Virus record (IMG/VR): IMGVR_UViG_3300046517_001303
Length of the DNA stretch: 64,000 bases
Reading direction: 5' to 3' (one strand)
Source: a virus
Part shown: positions 46,252 to 54,518 of the stretch, piece after piece
Layout: the number at the start of each line of letters is the position of its first letter
Position numbering within the stretch: position 1 is the first letter of the stretch
The notes under the pieces: generated by a model
Databases searched by the model: none
What the model saw: the letters and a program-made list of their open reading frames with translations, nothing else
What the model was told of the DNA's origin: nothing
Position numbers and translations under genes: made by a program

Positions 46252-46962
46252 ATGCGGTCAGACATGGCCAAGGTAGTCGTCGAGCGACCTCGCACTGGCG
46301 GGGACGGTGGACGCTCCATTCCAATCAAGGGTTACAAGAAACGCATCTCTCGCGATCTCGACGGCGTCAAGCAAGAGTCGATGAAAAAGCCATACGGATA
46401 CAACACAAAGAATCTCAACGAGCATCTCGGACCCCTTCGCCGATTCCTTCGCTCCCGTGTTGGCCGTCCTTGGGACTCTGTTTACTCTGAAATCTGTGAA
46501 CATATTCGGATCACCAGTGCGGTTCAGTCTCACGTTCGCGACCACGTTGATATGGACGTGGAGAAGAACGTGGTCATGGTCGGCCGCGAGCCTCGCACTG
46601 TGATCGGCAACCACCCGATCTATCGCGAGTTCTACGTCTACAAAGGCATCCTTCGCTTCCGCCCACACAAAGCCTACAGGCGATCCTCACGTCGTCCAAA
46701 GCCGATTGAGATCAACGGCAAGCAGTACCATCTTGTCAACGACGTCTGGTTTGAGGTCTCGCTCGCCCCGATCCCAAGCGACATCAAAATCTCCTACTGG
46801 CATCGCGTCGATGGGGACGTCCTGTTTCGTACCACCGTGACTGTGAATGACTGCCGGAAGCGTTATGGCCGTGACGTGTACGCGGTCGCCAAGCGCTCGC
46901 TCAACGGCAAAGAGATCAAGAAACTCGGACTCAGGGAGATTCTCAATGGCATCCGTTCGTGA
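46252..46962 (+). CDS. hypothetical basic protein (236 aa)
   Basis: ORF. Confidence 0.45.
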   Translation: MRSDMAKVVVERPRTGGDGGRSIPIKGYKKRISRDLDGVKQESMKKPYGYNTKNLNEHLGPLRRFLRSRVGRPWDSVYSEICEHIRITSAVQSHVRDHVDMDVEKNVVMVGREPRTVIGNHPIYREFYVYKGILRFRPHKAYRRSSRRPKPIEINGKQYHLVNDVWFEVSLAPIPSDIKISYWHRVDGDVLFRTTVTVNDCRKRYGRDVYAVAKRSLNGKEIKKLGLREILNGIRS

Positions 46963-47464
46963 GCCGCGCCGCTTCGAGTCCGCCATGCCCTCGGTGATGG
47001 CCCTGGTCAACCAGGTCCGGCGCGAGAGGTTTCCCATCCTGGACGGCGTGACGCTCACCGTGGACTTTGCCTTCGCGCCGACCAAGGACGGCGTGCCGAC
47101 CTCGGCCGACCTGACCCACCAGGGCCACACCGCTGCCGCCCTTATCCGGATCACGCCGCTCAAAGATCGCGTCTCTGGCCTGGCCGACGCAATCCTGCGC
47201 ATCTCTTCCTCTTGGTGGGAGGCCCACTCGGAGCCGGAGCGGATCGCCCTCATCAACCACGAACTCAAGCACCTGATCCCGAATGGCGAGCGCGACTCGC
47301 ACGACCGGCCGATCCTCAAGATGCGAAAGCACGACTACCACTGTGCCGGGTTCATCGACGCCATCGAGGAAGACCAGGAGCATTCGCCGGACCTGCAAAA
47401 CCTGGCCGCGGTGAACAAACTGCTCCGCGAGCGCAACCTGCTTCAAGGTCAATTCTGGGGCTAA
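46949..47464 (+). CDS. HExxH-motif putative zinc metallopeptidase (SprT-like)
   Basis: IALINHELKHL; internal start MASVREP overlapping the upstream gene end. Confidence 0.4.
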   Translation, partial: ASVREPRRFESAMPSVMALVNQVRRERFPILDGVTLTVDFAFAPTKDGVPTSADLTHQGHTAAALIRITPLKDRVSGLADAILRISSSWWEAHSEPERIALINHELKHLIPNGERDSHDRPILKMRKHDYHCAGFIDAIEEDQEHSPDLQNLAAVNKLLRERNLLQGQFWG

Positions 47465-47466
47465 TC

Positions 47467-47703
47467 ATGCCAAAGGCGAAATGCACGCCCTACTACTGGT
47501 GTGCCCACATGACCTCCGTCATGACGGAGGCGAACCGGGCCGGCATCAACCCCGTGGTCGTCACCAACCTTGCCGGCAAGTCGCGCATGGTCGCGGTCGC
47601 CTTCAAACGCACGGCTCGCGACCGCGGCCTCTGTCTCAACTTCTGTCCGTTCTGCGGCGTGAAGATCGCGCCATCAGCCAAGAAATTCTATCCTCCGGCC
47701 TGA
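47467..47703 (+). CDS. zinc-ribbon protein (79 aa)
   Basis: CTPYYWC ... CPFCGVK. Confidence 0.35.
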   Translation: MPKAKCTPYYWCAHMTSVMTEANRAGINPVVVTNLAGKSRMVAVAFKRTARDRGLCLNFCPFCGVKIAPSAKKFYPPA

Positions 47704-47818
47704 AAATTCGCGCCGGCGCATAATCCAAAAATCTTTCCATTTCCGCTTGTTTTCACGTCCTTTACTCCATAAACTCTTGCCAGACTCTTCGTCTTCTCAC
47801 GGACCTGAGAGGATCACC

Positions 47819-48490
47819 ATGCTCGCGCAGAAGTCCCTCTTCGACGCTGTCCCGCGTCTTTCTCCCGCCCAGGCTGACGGCCTGGCTCGATCCGTCACTC
47901 GATACGTCCACAAGGGCGCGAACTACTGGTCTCGACGCTTCAAGAAGGATGGACCCTGCGACGACTTACACGAGGAGTTCGTGTCGGCAGGCTGGCTTGG
48001 GGTGGCCAAAGCACTCTCAACCTTTGATCCGTCCTACCCTCATCCAACCATCCCTGGTCGCACTATTCGTTTCACGACTTACTGTTGCCGATCTGTTGAC
48101 AATTCGATGCGGGCGTTCGCCAAGCAGCTCGGCTCGCACCTGGCCCGTCACGGGGTCACACGCTCGCTCTCGACCGTGGTCAACCCGAACTCCGAGTGCC
48201 CGATCACGCTGGCCGACGACGTCCCGGCCCGCCTTTCCCCCTCTACCTGGAACGACGAAGACTGGTCGCGCATCGCCTGCCACTTGAAGCCGGTCCAGGT
48301 CCGTGCCCTCCACCTCCGGTTCGTCCGCGGCCTCAAGATTCGCGAGATCGCCCTGCTCCTGCCGCCGGCCAAGGGCCGCACGGAACCCTTAACCAAACAG
48401 GGCGTCGCCGACCTGATCGACGACGCCCTGTTCCGTCTCCGCGCTGTTCCGTGGGTTCGCGAGGCAGCTGGCCGAATGGCCTTGACGTGA
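47819..48490 (+). CDS. sigma-70 family (ECF-like) RNA polymerase sigma factor
   Basis: region-2-like HEEFVSAGWLGVAKALSTFDP and region-4 HTH LHLRFVRGLKIREIALLL...; internal start MLAQKS with RBS GAGAGGatcaccATG. Confidence 0.55.
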   Translation: MLAQKSLFDAVPRLSPAQADGLARSVTRYVHKGANYWSRRFKKDGPCDDLHEEFVSAGWLGVAKALSTFDPSYPHPTIPGRTIRFTTYCCRSVDNSMRAFAKQLGSHLARHGVTRSLSTVVNPNSECPITLADDVPARLSPSTWNDEDWSRIACHLKPVQVRALHLRFVRGLKIREIALLLPPAKGRTEPLTKQGVADLIDDALFRLRAVPWVREAAGRMALT

Positions 48491-48901
48491 CTAATCGTCT
48501 TTGATCTTCAGCATCGCGCGGCACAGCGCCTCTTCGGCTTCCCTTCTGGTGCGGAACGTGAAGAACCAATGGTCGCACTTCAATCCCATCTTCCGAATAA
48601 TCTTCGAGCTGATCCCGTGGTTTCGCTTTGCCAGCGGAAACTTAGACCCGTGTCGATAGCTCCACTTTTGGGGCTTTCCGCCGTTAGCCCATTGCCACTT
48701 ATCCAGACGAAACTCGTCTGACATCCACGGCGTCCCTCAGCCGCGCCACAGCTCAGGCCGTTTCCCATTCGCGCCCATCCACCGATATCCCTTGGCTCGC
48801 CAGTCTCCTTGTTCCTCAAGCCAATCGGCGAACACTAACCTCGGCCCATCGTCATACGGCCTGGCGTCAATCGCTCGTTGAAATGCTTCTTCGTCCGTCA
48901 T
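48491..48901 (-). pseudogene. TIGR02996-like gene interrupted by an in-frame TGA (at ~48737-48739)
   Basis: upstream half MTDEEAFQRAIDARPYDDGPRLVFADWLEEQGDWRAKGYRWMGANGKRPELWRG-stop, continuing in frame ...MSDEFRLDKWQW...FTFRTRREAEEALCRAMLKIKDD (track ORF 48491-48724). Confidence 0.45.
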
Positions 48902-48905
48902 TGCT

Positions 48906-48920
48906 CTTGACCGGTCAAGC
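48906..48920. repeat. junction palindrome CTTGACCGGTCAAGC (copy 1)
   Basis: 4 nt 5' of pseudogene start codon; its TTGACC is the -35 of a rightward promoter. Confidence 0.6.
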
Positions 48921-48935
48921 CGGCCCCTCTATGAT
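48907..48935 (+). promoter_or_regulatory. sigma70-like promoter TTGACC-N17-TATGAT whose -35 is one half of a junction-palindrome copy
   Basis: ttgaccggtcaagccggcccctctatgat. Confidence 0.4.
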
Positions 48936-48964
48936 TTCAATACCACCCTTACCTGGAGACCACC

Positions 48965-49141
48965 ATGCCAGCGAAGAAGAAAGTCAAAGAGAACCGGCGC
49001 ACCCTCGCGGCCCAGCTGCTCGGCCATTTTGGCGGGCTTCACGGCGGGCCAGCTCGCGCCGAAAAGTTGTCCAAAGAACGTAGAGTCGAAATTGCGAAAA
49101 TGGGCAATGCGGCATCAAAGCGTTCACGAGGCGTCGAGTAG
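48965..49141 (+). CDS. small basic protein (58 aa)
   Basis: MPAKKKVKENRRTLAAQLLGHFGG...; RBS GGAGaccaccATG; not in track (<60 aa). Confidence 0.35.
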   Translation: MPAKKKVKENRRTLAAQLLGHFGGLHGGPARAEKLSKERRVEIAKMGNAASKRSRGVE

Positions 49142-49327
49142 CCACTCTGGGCATTCGCCAGTTCGCTCTCGGTGAATCTTCGCGGCCGTATGAACGGTCA
49201 TCTCTTTCCCGTCCACGGGGTCCATGATCCTGGGGTCGCCGAACACTTTCTTGTCCGGCTCGGTGGCTTCGCGCCAACCGCGCTCGACCAGCCACAGGTA
49301 CGTTTTCCAGCCCCACCTGGTCGCCAT
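49124..49327 (-). CDS. hypothetical protein (about 67 aa, internal start MATRWGW)
   Basis: ATGA overlap with upstream gene. Confidence 0.35.
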   Translation of the reverse strand: MATRWGWKTYLWLVERGWREATEPDKKVFGDPRIMDPVDGKEMTVHTAAKIHRERTGECPEWLLDAS

Positions 49328-49662
49328 CACTTCGCCCCTCGCTTGCCGAATTCCAAACAGAACGCATCTTCGGCTTCTCGGCGGGTGTCGAAATGCCAAA
49401 AGCTAGTCCCCGGAAATATTCCGAGATGCTTGATGGCGGAAGGGCGTGAGACACAATTGGTAGAATCTTTATCATCGCATCCGCCGTGCCATGAGTACGC
49501 GACGAAGCTATCATCGGGTCGCATTTGGTGCGACCCCAGCCATCGCATCCCAGCCGCCCTCGCGTCGTCCTGCTCTTCGAGCCAGTCCGCAAACACCAAT
49601 CTCGTGTCGTGGCTGTCAATATTGGCGTCAAGCGCCTTCTGAAAAGCATCCTCGTCCACCAT
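49327..49662 (-). CDS. TIGR02996-like domain protein (111 aa)
   Basis: MVDEDAFQKALDANIDSHDTRLVFADWLEEQDDARAAGMRW ... WHFDTRREAEDAFCLEF; upstream part of track ORF is GC-frame noise. Confidence 0.55.
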   Translation of the reverse strand: MVDEDAFQKALDANIDSHDTRLVFADWLEEQDDARAAGMRWLGSHQMRPDDSFVAYSWHGGCDDKDSTNCVSRPSAIKHLGIFPGTSFWHFDTRREAEDAFCLEFGKRGAK

Positions 49663-50006
49663 CACTTCGTCCCCGTGATCTGAAACACCCGTTGCCGACT
49701 GACCCCGATCTTCTCGCTGATCTCGGCACCGGTCATTCCCTTTTCCCGCATCTCCACCAGTTTTGCCGCCCGCTTCTCGGCCTCGTCCTTCTTCGCCATT
49801 GCGGCCGGCGACTCCCACGCGCCCCTGATCCGCACGCCCCGCATCTCCAGCCACCGCTTCATCGTCTCGCGCGCGCACTCGTACTCTTCAGCCAGGCCCT
49901 TCGCGCTGACCTCGCCGTTCTCATACCGCTCCAAATCCTTCTCGGTTATTTTCATCGCATTTCGGAGCGCCGCCTCGCGCTTCCGCTTCGGTTTCCCGCG
50001 CACCAT
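49662..50006 (-). CDS. DNA-binding protein with two HTH modules (114 aa)
   Basis: GLAEEYECARETMKRWLEMRG and GMTGAEISEKIGVSRQRVFQI. Confidence 0.45.
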   Translation of the reverse strand: MVRGKPKRKREAALRNAMKITEKDLERYENGEVSAKGLAEEYECARETMKRWLEMRGVRIRGAWESPAAMAKKDEAEKRAAKLVEMREKGMTGAEISEKIGVSRQRVFQITGTK

Positions 50007-50137
50007 TCTTGCCCTCTTTCATCAGTTGCCAACACCTTCGACACGTTTGTTCAAGCGTTTTCGCACTGAATCTCTTCCTCGTCTCGCCCGTCACTCGGTC
50101 GATTGGCTCGGCGATGCCCAGGCAGGTACAGAGAACG

Positions 50138-50323
50138 TCACCCAAGTTCCTTGACGAACGCTTCGGCGGCGTCTTTCGACGCAAAGGGCGGCATACCAAT
50201 CGGCTGGTTTCGCCACACGCCGTCGGTTCCAGTGAAGGCCGCGCCGTGGCTTCCTCGCTCGCCGCTGTAGTCGGCGACGATGAACCCATTTCCATACTGC
50301 TCGATTGCATATCTGTCGTCCAT
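50138..50323 (-). CDS. hypothetical protein (about 61 aa)
   Basis: internal start MDDRYAIEQY of track ORF 50138-50374. Confidence 0.35.
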   Translation of the reverse strand: MDDRYAIEQYGNGFIVADYSGERGSHGAAFTGTDGVWRNQPIGMPPFASKDAAEAFVKELG

Positions 50324-50655
50324 TATTCCTCCCGTTCGACGCCGCAGTGGATCGGGCACTCGTGGTTCCGGCACCCTTTAAAGTCGCCGTTGATCTTCTT
50401 GGCTTCCAGGCTCGCCGCCAGCGCCGTCTCATCGCTGACCATGTTCAGCTCGTGAAAGCCCACCAAACTGTAGCCGATCAGCTGCATGAACTGCTCCCAA
50501 TCGTCCTGGGAGAAGTCCATCTGCGTCAAGTCGTTCAAGTTGATCTTGTCCCGCAGATAAAGGACAATGGCGTTGGCCTTGAACCGGACAACGCCGTCGT
50601 CGTCCACCACCATCGGTTGCATCGGGTTTCTCATTTCAATCCCCCTAAACACCAC
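50323..50655 (-). CDS. hypothetical protein (about 105 aa)
   Basis: ORF; ends CRNHECPIHC. Confidence 0.4.
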   Translation of the reverse strand: MVFRGIEMRNPMQPMVVDDDGVVRFKANAIVLYLRDKINLNDLTQMDFSQDDWEQFMQLIGYSLVGFHELNMVSDETALAASLEAKKINGDFKGCRNHECPIHCGVEREE

Positions 50656-51011
50656 TCGTAGTCCTTCAGCATGGCCACGGCGACAGGCTTCACGGTGTAG
50701 CGATAGACGTACTTTTTCTTCCCGCCGGTTCGCCCGCCGCCCATCGCCATCAGCAGGCCCTTCTCGCTCAGGCTCTCCAGCAAGGCCCTGGCCACCGGCA
50801 GCGAGTCGCTGTCGAACATGACGCCGCTCATTCGCTTCTCGTCCGCGATCACGACCTTCAGCCCGTTCCGCTCCTCCGCCGTCAGGTCGGCAATCGGCGT
50901 CGGCTTGATCCGCTTCGGCGCTTTGACATTCAAAAGCCCGTCGTGCCGTTCCGGCTGGCCGCTCTTCACGGCCGTACTCGGCCGCACGCTCCAGGCGATC
51001 TTTTCGTCCAT
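50631..51011 (-). CDS. hypothetical protein, probable winged-helix (126 aa)
   Basis: DSLPVARALLESLSEKGLL. Confidence 0.4.
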   Translation of the reverse strand: MDEKIAWSVRPSTAVKSGQPERHDGLLNVKAPKRIKPTPIADLTAEERNGLKVVIADEKRMSGVMFDSDSLPVARALLESLSEKGLLMAMGGGRTGGKKKYVYRYTVKPVAVAMLKDYEWCLGGLK

Positions 51012-51012
51012 G

Positions 51013-51363
51013 TCACTCCTTGAACTGGTCGTCGCAGAGGTCGTCAGGGACTTCGATGCCCTTCTCTTCCATGATCTTCACCAAGCCGTCCCGCCACATC
51101 TTGCGCACGTCGCTCTCACAGTGGCTCATGGCGTCCGTCCAGGTCGGCCATCGCCCGTGTATCGCATTAAACTTCATCTGATAAGGGAGCGAGTCCCTGT
51201 TGTGCGGCTGGTCCCTCTCGTGTTCCGTGTGGCACCACTCGCACGAACCTGGCGGGCCTGGCAGCATTCTCATGCCGCCGCCCTCAATCGGAGTCTCTTC
51301 GCCGGTCTCCATGTCTACAGAGACGGCGTCACCGACCTTGAACAACTTACTGTTCTTGCTCAT
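51013..51363 (-). CDS. hypothetical protein (116 aa)
   Basis: ORF. Confidence 0.45.
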   Translation of the reverse strand: MSKNSKLFKVGDAVSVDMETGEETPIEGGGMRMLPGPPGSCEWCHTEHERDQPHNRDSLPYQMKFNAIHGRWPTWTDAMSHCESDVRKMWRDGLVKIMEEKGIEVPDDLCDDQFKE

Positions 51364-51562
51364 CCTTTTTCCTCGGATCGGGGTAATACTCTTTACCCAT
51401 GATCGCCAGCGTGTAACGCCATTCGGCTTCGTCGTGGCACGCCTTGCCGCAGCAGCCGATCTCGCGGCCGTACTTCTTCATCCAGTCGAACTCGGCCTTG
51501 CACACGGGGCAGAATAGTTTGCATTGGGAAAACATAAACTGCCCCATGTGCCGTGCGGCCAT
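51347..51562 (-). CDS. zinc-finger protein (71 aa)
   Basis: CKLFCPVCKAE ... CCGKACHDE. Confidence 0.4.
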   Translation of the reverse strand: MAARHMGQFMFSQCKLFCPVCKAEFDWMKKYGREIGCCGKACHDEAEWRYTLAIMGKEYYPDPRKKDEQEQ

Positions 51563-51572
51563 CGCTGCCGCC

Positions 51573-51974
51573 TCACGCCAGAACCACCTTGCCGTTCCGC
51601 AGGACGGCCGACTTCCGGCCGATCATGTTCTTGATCTCGGAGTAGATGACGGTGTCCGGCTGCTTGCTGCTCGTCTGGAACAGGCCCCGGCTCGCGGCGA
51701 CGATCTCGCTCCGCGTCAGGCCCAGCGACCGCCCGGTCAGGATGCCGACGACGGCGGCGTGCGCGCCTTTGTACTTCTTGTGCGAGCCGTTGGGGATCAT
51801 GATCGGATGCGAGACGACCTCTCGCTTCTCCGTCGGCTTCACCTCCGGCACGCTCGCCAGAATCTCGCGCCGCACGCTGGCCGGCACGTCGTCCAGGGCG
51901 TCGCGGAACGCATTGTAGGCGTCCCTCAACTTCTCCAGCTTCATCATCTTGCTGTCGATCTGAACCAAATCCAT
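51573..51974 (-). CDS. hypothetical protein (about 133 aa)
   Basis: internal start MDLVQIDSK with RBS GAGGAGacagtgATG. Confidence 0.4.
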   Translation of the reverse strand: MDLVQIDSKMMKLEKLRDAYNAFRDALDDVPASVRREILASVPEVKPTEKREVVSHPIMIPNGSHKKYKGAHAAVVGILTGRSLGLTRSEIVAASRGLFQTSSKQPDTVIYSEIKNMIGRKSAVLRNGKVVLA

Positions 51975-52003
51975 CACTGTCTCCTCGGGTTTAGAAACAA
52001 CCG

Positions 52004-52222
52004 TCATCCTCTCGGATCGACGGAAAACTCGCCATCTTCTCCGTAAACATCCTTGTAAGCGGTCGCACCGAGCCGCATGACTTGTCCAGTCATGTCCCTC
52101 ACCAAGTTTCGCGCCTCGACCATCGCGTCCCACATGGTCTTATCGCGACCGGCGGCTTCCTGGGCCGCTTTATCCAGAGCCTCTTCGGCTTCGACCAGAC
52201 ACCGTATCACTTTCGCGTGCAT
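52004..52222 (-). CDS. hypothetical protein (72 aa)
   Basis: RBS GGAGGAactATG; own promoter TTGACA-N16-TAGAGT upstream. Confidence 0.45.
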   Translation of the reverse strand: MHAKVIRCLVEAEEALDKAAQEAAGRDKTMWDAMVEARNLVRDMTGQVMRLGATAYKDVYGEDGEFSVDPRG

Positions 52223-52283
52223 AGTTCCTCCTACTCTACGAACTCGAAGCCATTTGTCAAGGGGGCGTTCCGCTTTTCCCGTC

Positions 52284-52298
52284 CTTGAACGGTCAAGC
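52284..52298. repeat. junction palindrome CTTGAACGGTCAAGC (copy 2)
   Basis: overlaps stop (TAG) of gene 52298-52705 by 1 nt. Confidence 0.6.
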
Positions 52299-52705
52299 TA
52301 CTCGTCGGCGAAGAACTCCTCCTTGATCTTTTTGGCCGTGCAGTAGTGGTGCCAGTCCTGCACCACGCCGTCCGCTCCGATGTTGAACTCGATGTAGTCG
52401 CCGTACTCTCCTGGGATGCAGCTGGGGACGTAGTCCTGCTCGATCCTCTTGACCTCGATCTCGTCGTAGTCGAGCAGGTAGTAGCGACCCTGATCGACCA
52501 CTTTCATGTAGCACTGCGCCGCCGGATGGCCTTTAGAGACCCAGCCCTGAATCTCTCCGCTGTCGATGTTCACGGTCACGTCCCAGACGTCGCCGACCCT
52601 GAACGGGAAGTCGTTCGGGATATCCTCTTCGCCGTACCGCACCGGCACGACCACGCGGATGGCCGACACGTCAATCTCGACAGGCTTGTTCACAGTCAGT
52701 CGCAT
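52298..52705 (-). CDS. hypothetical protein (about 135 aa)
   Basis: internal start MRLTVNKPVEI with RBS GGAGGTaatATG. Confidence 0.45.
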   Translation of the reverse strand: MRLTVNKPVEIDVSAIRVVVPVRYGEEDIPNDFPFRVGDVWDVTVNIDSGEIQGWVSKGHPAAQCYMKVVDQGRYYLLDYDEIEVKRIEQDYVPSCIPGEYGDYIEFNIGADGVVQDWHHYCTAKKIKEEFFADE

Positions 52706-52706
52706 A

Positions 52707-53081
52707 TTACCTCCGCTTTGGGACGACGAAATGCCTCCCGTTGAATACTTTCTTGGTCTCGCCAGACCTATATTTTCGCGTCTTGTAGTCGTATCCGACG
52801 AACTTGTAAAACTCCCAGATGCTCGCAAACGTTCTCAGCCTCTCCCAATCGACATCCTTGAAGAGCCTCTTGCGGAATTCGATCTCGTCTTCCATATGCG
52901 CCGTGAACTGCCGAACCTCGGTCACGTTCGCGTGCGGGTTTCGCATGGACTGGAAGAAGGCGCTGAACGACATCACGGCGCGGTAGAAGCCGTCTTCCCT
53001 TACACCCGGCAGCATGAGGTAGTAGAAGTTCTGTCGGCGTTTACCAAAGAACGTCTCGATGATGAGCATCTTACTGGCCAT
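52707..53081 (-). CDS. hypothetical protein (about 124 aa)
   Basis: internal start MASKMLIIETFF; ATGA overlap. Confidence 0.4.
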   Translation of the reverse strand: MASKMLIIETFFGKRRQNFYYLMLPGVREDGFYRAVMSFSAFFQSMRNPHANVTEVRQFTAHMEDEIEFRKRLFKDVDWERLRTFASIWEFYKFVGYDYKTRKYRSGETKKVFNGRHFVVPKRR

Positions 53082-53410
53082 CACATCTCCACTACTTCCA
53101 CTCGGTCCAGTCCCGCCAACGTTTCTCTCGCGATCTCCCTGGCCTTCTTGTATCTGTTCCCGACCTTTTCCGTGAAGCCAACCAGGACTATGTCCGACAG
53201 GGCCGTTCGTGCCGCCTGCCACTCGTTCATGGCTACTACGACCATCTCCAACCCAGCCTTGTCTGGCCCCGTCAAAAACGGCCGGCCCTCCTTGTCCTTC
53301 ACGACCCAGACGGCCCACCCAAACCCTTCCTGGTTTTTATCCTCCAGCTCAATCGTGAGCGGCAGCACGGGAATCACTTGTCCACCTCGATCTTGACCAT
53401 GTGAATCCAC
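53081..53410 (-). CDS. hypothetical protein (99-109 aa)
   Basis: ORF; alternative GTGA-overlap start at ~53378. Confidence 0.4.
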   Translation of the reverse strand: MDSHGQDRGGQVIPVLPLTIELEDKNQEGFGWAVWVVKDKEGRPFLTGPDKAGLEMVVVAMNEWQAARTALSDIVLVGFTEKVGNRYKKAREIARETLAGLDRVEVVEM

Positions 53411-53757
53411 TTCTTGCCGGACAGCTTTTTCTCCATTGTCTCTAAGTCGCTCGTCGGACAGTCGAGCTTCACGAACTCGCCCTTCTCTCCGTACTGAGTC
53501 TCCATGACCGGGAACAGCAAGTCGGTCGCCCGAATGCCTTCGTCGCGGCTCTTGTCGCTGGCGTCCTTAGCGGCGTACTGATACCAACTCTTCCGGTCCT
53601 TGCCGTCGAACGGGTCCGCGCTCTCGGCGCTGTAGTACCGGAACCGGTACTTTATCGTCCACTTCCCATCATCCACCACCAGCCGCGCCATCCAGTCGCC
53701 GGTCTTGCCGTCGCCGACGAACCAGATGCCGTAGATGTAGGTCTCGTTCTTGTCCAC
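53374..53757 (-). CDS. hypothetical protein (about 127 aa)
   Basis: track start 53781 is a TTG inside the junction palindrome; likelier GTG ~53757 after RBS GGGAGGTGG. Confidence 0.4.
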   Translation of the reverse strand: MDKNETYIYGIWFVGDGKTGDWMARLVVDDGKWTIKYRFRYYSAESADPFDGKDRKSWYQYAAKDASDKSRDEGIRATDLLFPVMETQYGEKGEFVKLDCPTSDLETMEKKLSGKKWIHMVKIEVDK

Positions 53758-53768
53758 CCGCCACCTCC

Positions 53769-53783
53769 CTTGATCGGTCAAGC
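53769..53783. repeat. junction palindrome CTTGATCGGTCAAGC (copy 3)
   Basis: between stop of 53783-54067 and RBS of next gene. Confidence 0.6.
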
Positions 53784-54067
53784 TACCACCGCACCGGCGG
53801 TGGGAACTTTCGGTTCTCTTCCTTCACCTTCTCACCGACGCGCTGGGCCTCTTGGTCTCTGGCGTAGCCTTCCGGCGTAAAGACGTATTCCATGCTCTCG
53901 GCGTAGTGCGTGGTCACGTCCGGGGCTTGTTTGCTCCACTTGATCCAGACAGTGTTGTAACGTTTGTTGACCACTTCCCCGTCGTCGTCGTGCTGGCTCT
54001 CGCCGGGCTTGCGAAAGATCACTTTGTCGCCCTTTTTGAGCCGCTTCGCTTGGCTTTTCAACATCAC
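53783..54067 (-). CDS. hypothetical protein (94 aa)
   Basis: ORF. Confidence 0.45.
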   Translation of the reverse strand: MMLKSQAKRLKKGDKVIFRKPGESQHDDDGEVVNKRYNTVWIKWSKQAPDVTTHYAESMEYVFTPEGYARDQEAQRVGEKVKEENRKFPPPVRW

Positions 54068-54231
54068 TTCCTCCCCCCGATCAGCTTCACCTTCGGAACC
54101 TCAGCCAATCCTGCGCTCGCCCGCAGCCGTTCGTTGATGGCCTTCAGGTTCGCCGCCAGTTCGGCCGTCTGCTTGCGCACCTCTTCGGCCTCTTTGTTCT
54201 CGTCGCCGATCAGCCAGCTCAGAAACTTCAT
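54062..54231 (-). CDS. small coiled-coil protein (55 aa)
   Basis: MKFLSWLIGDENKEAEEVRKQTAELAANLKAINERL...; RBS AGGAGcgtcATG; ATGA overlap; not in track. Confidence 0.3.
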
Positions 54232-54518
54232 GACGCTCCTTGGGTTAGGGTCAGGACGGCCACGCCTTCCACGATCTTCATCCGTCCGCCGAACTCTTCC
54301 CGATTCACATGCGCGACCTCGTCGCGATTAGCGGTGAACACGGGGCCGGAGTAGTATTGCTTACTCCCGTCCACGCAGGCGACGTTGCCGTTCTCGTCCA
54401 CCAGGATGAACACCTTGTACTGCGCGAACGTCGGCGCGGGCTTTGGCGTGAACGCCTGCACGGGCTTTTTTTGCAGGAACAACCACTTTATCTTGCGCTC
54501 CCTTGATCGGTCAAGCAT
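54228..54518 (-). CDS. hypothetical protein (about 96 aa)
   Basis: start ATG immediately 5' of junction palindrome (TAATG overlap with upstream stop); upstream part of track ORF is GC-frame noise. Confidence 0.4.
   Translation of the reverse strand: MLDRSRERKIKWLFLQKKPVQAFTPKPAPTFAQYKVFILVDENGNVACVDGSKQYYSGPVFTANRDEVAHVNREEFGGRMKIVEGVAVLTLTQGAS
54502..54516. repeat. junction palindrome CTTGATCGGTCAAGC (copy 4)
   Basis: 1 nt from stop of 54518-54985; here it encodes codons 2-5 of next gene. Confidence 0.6.
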
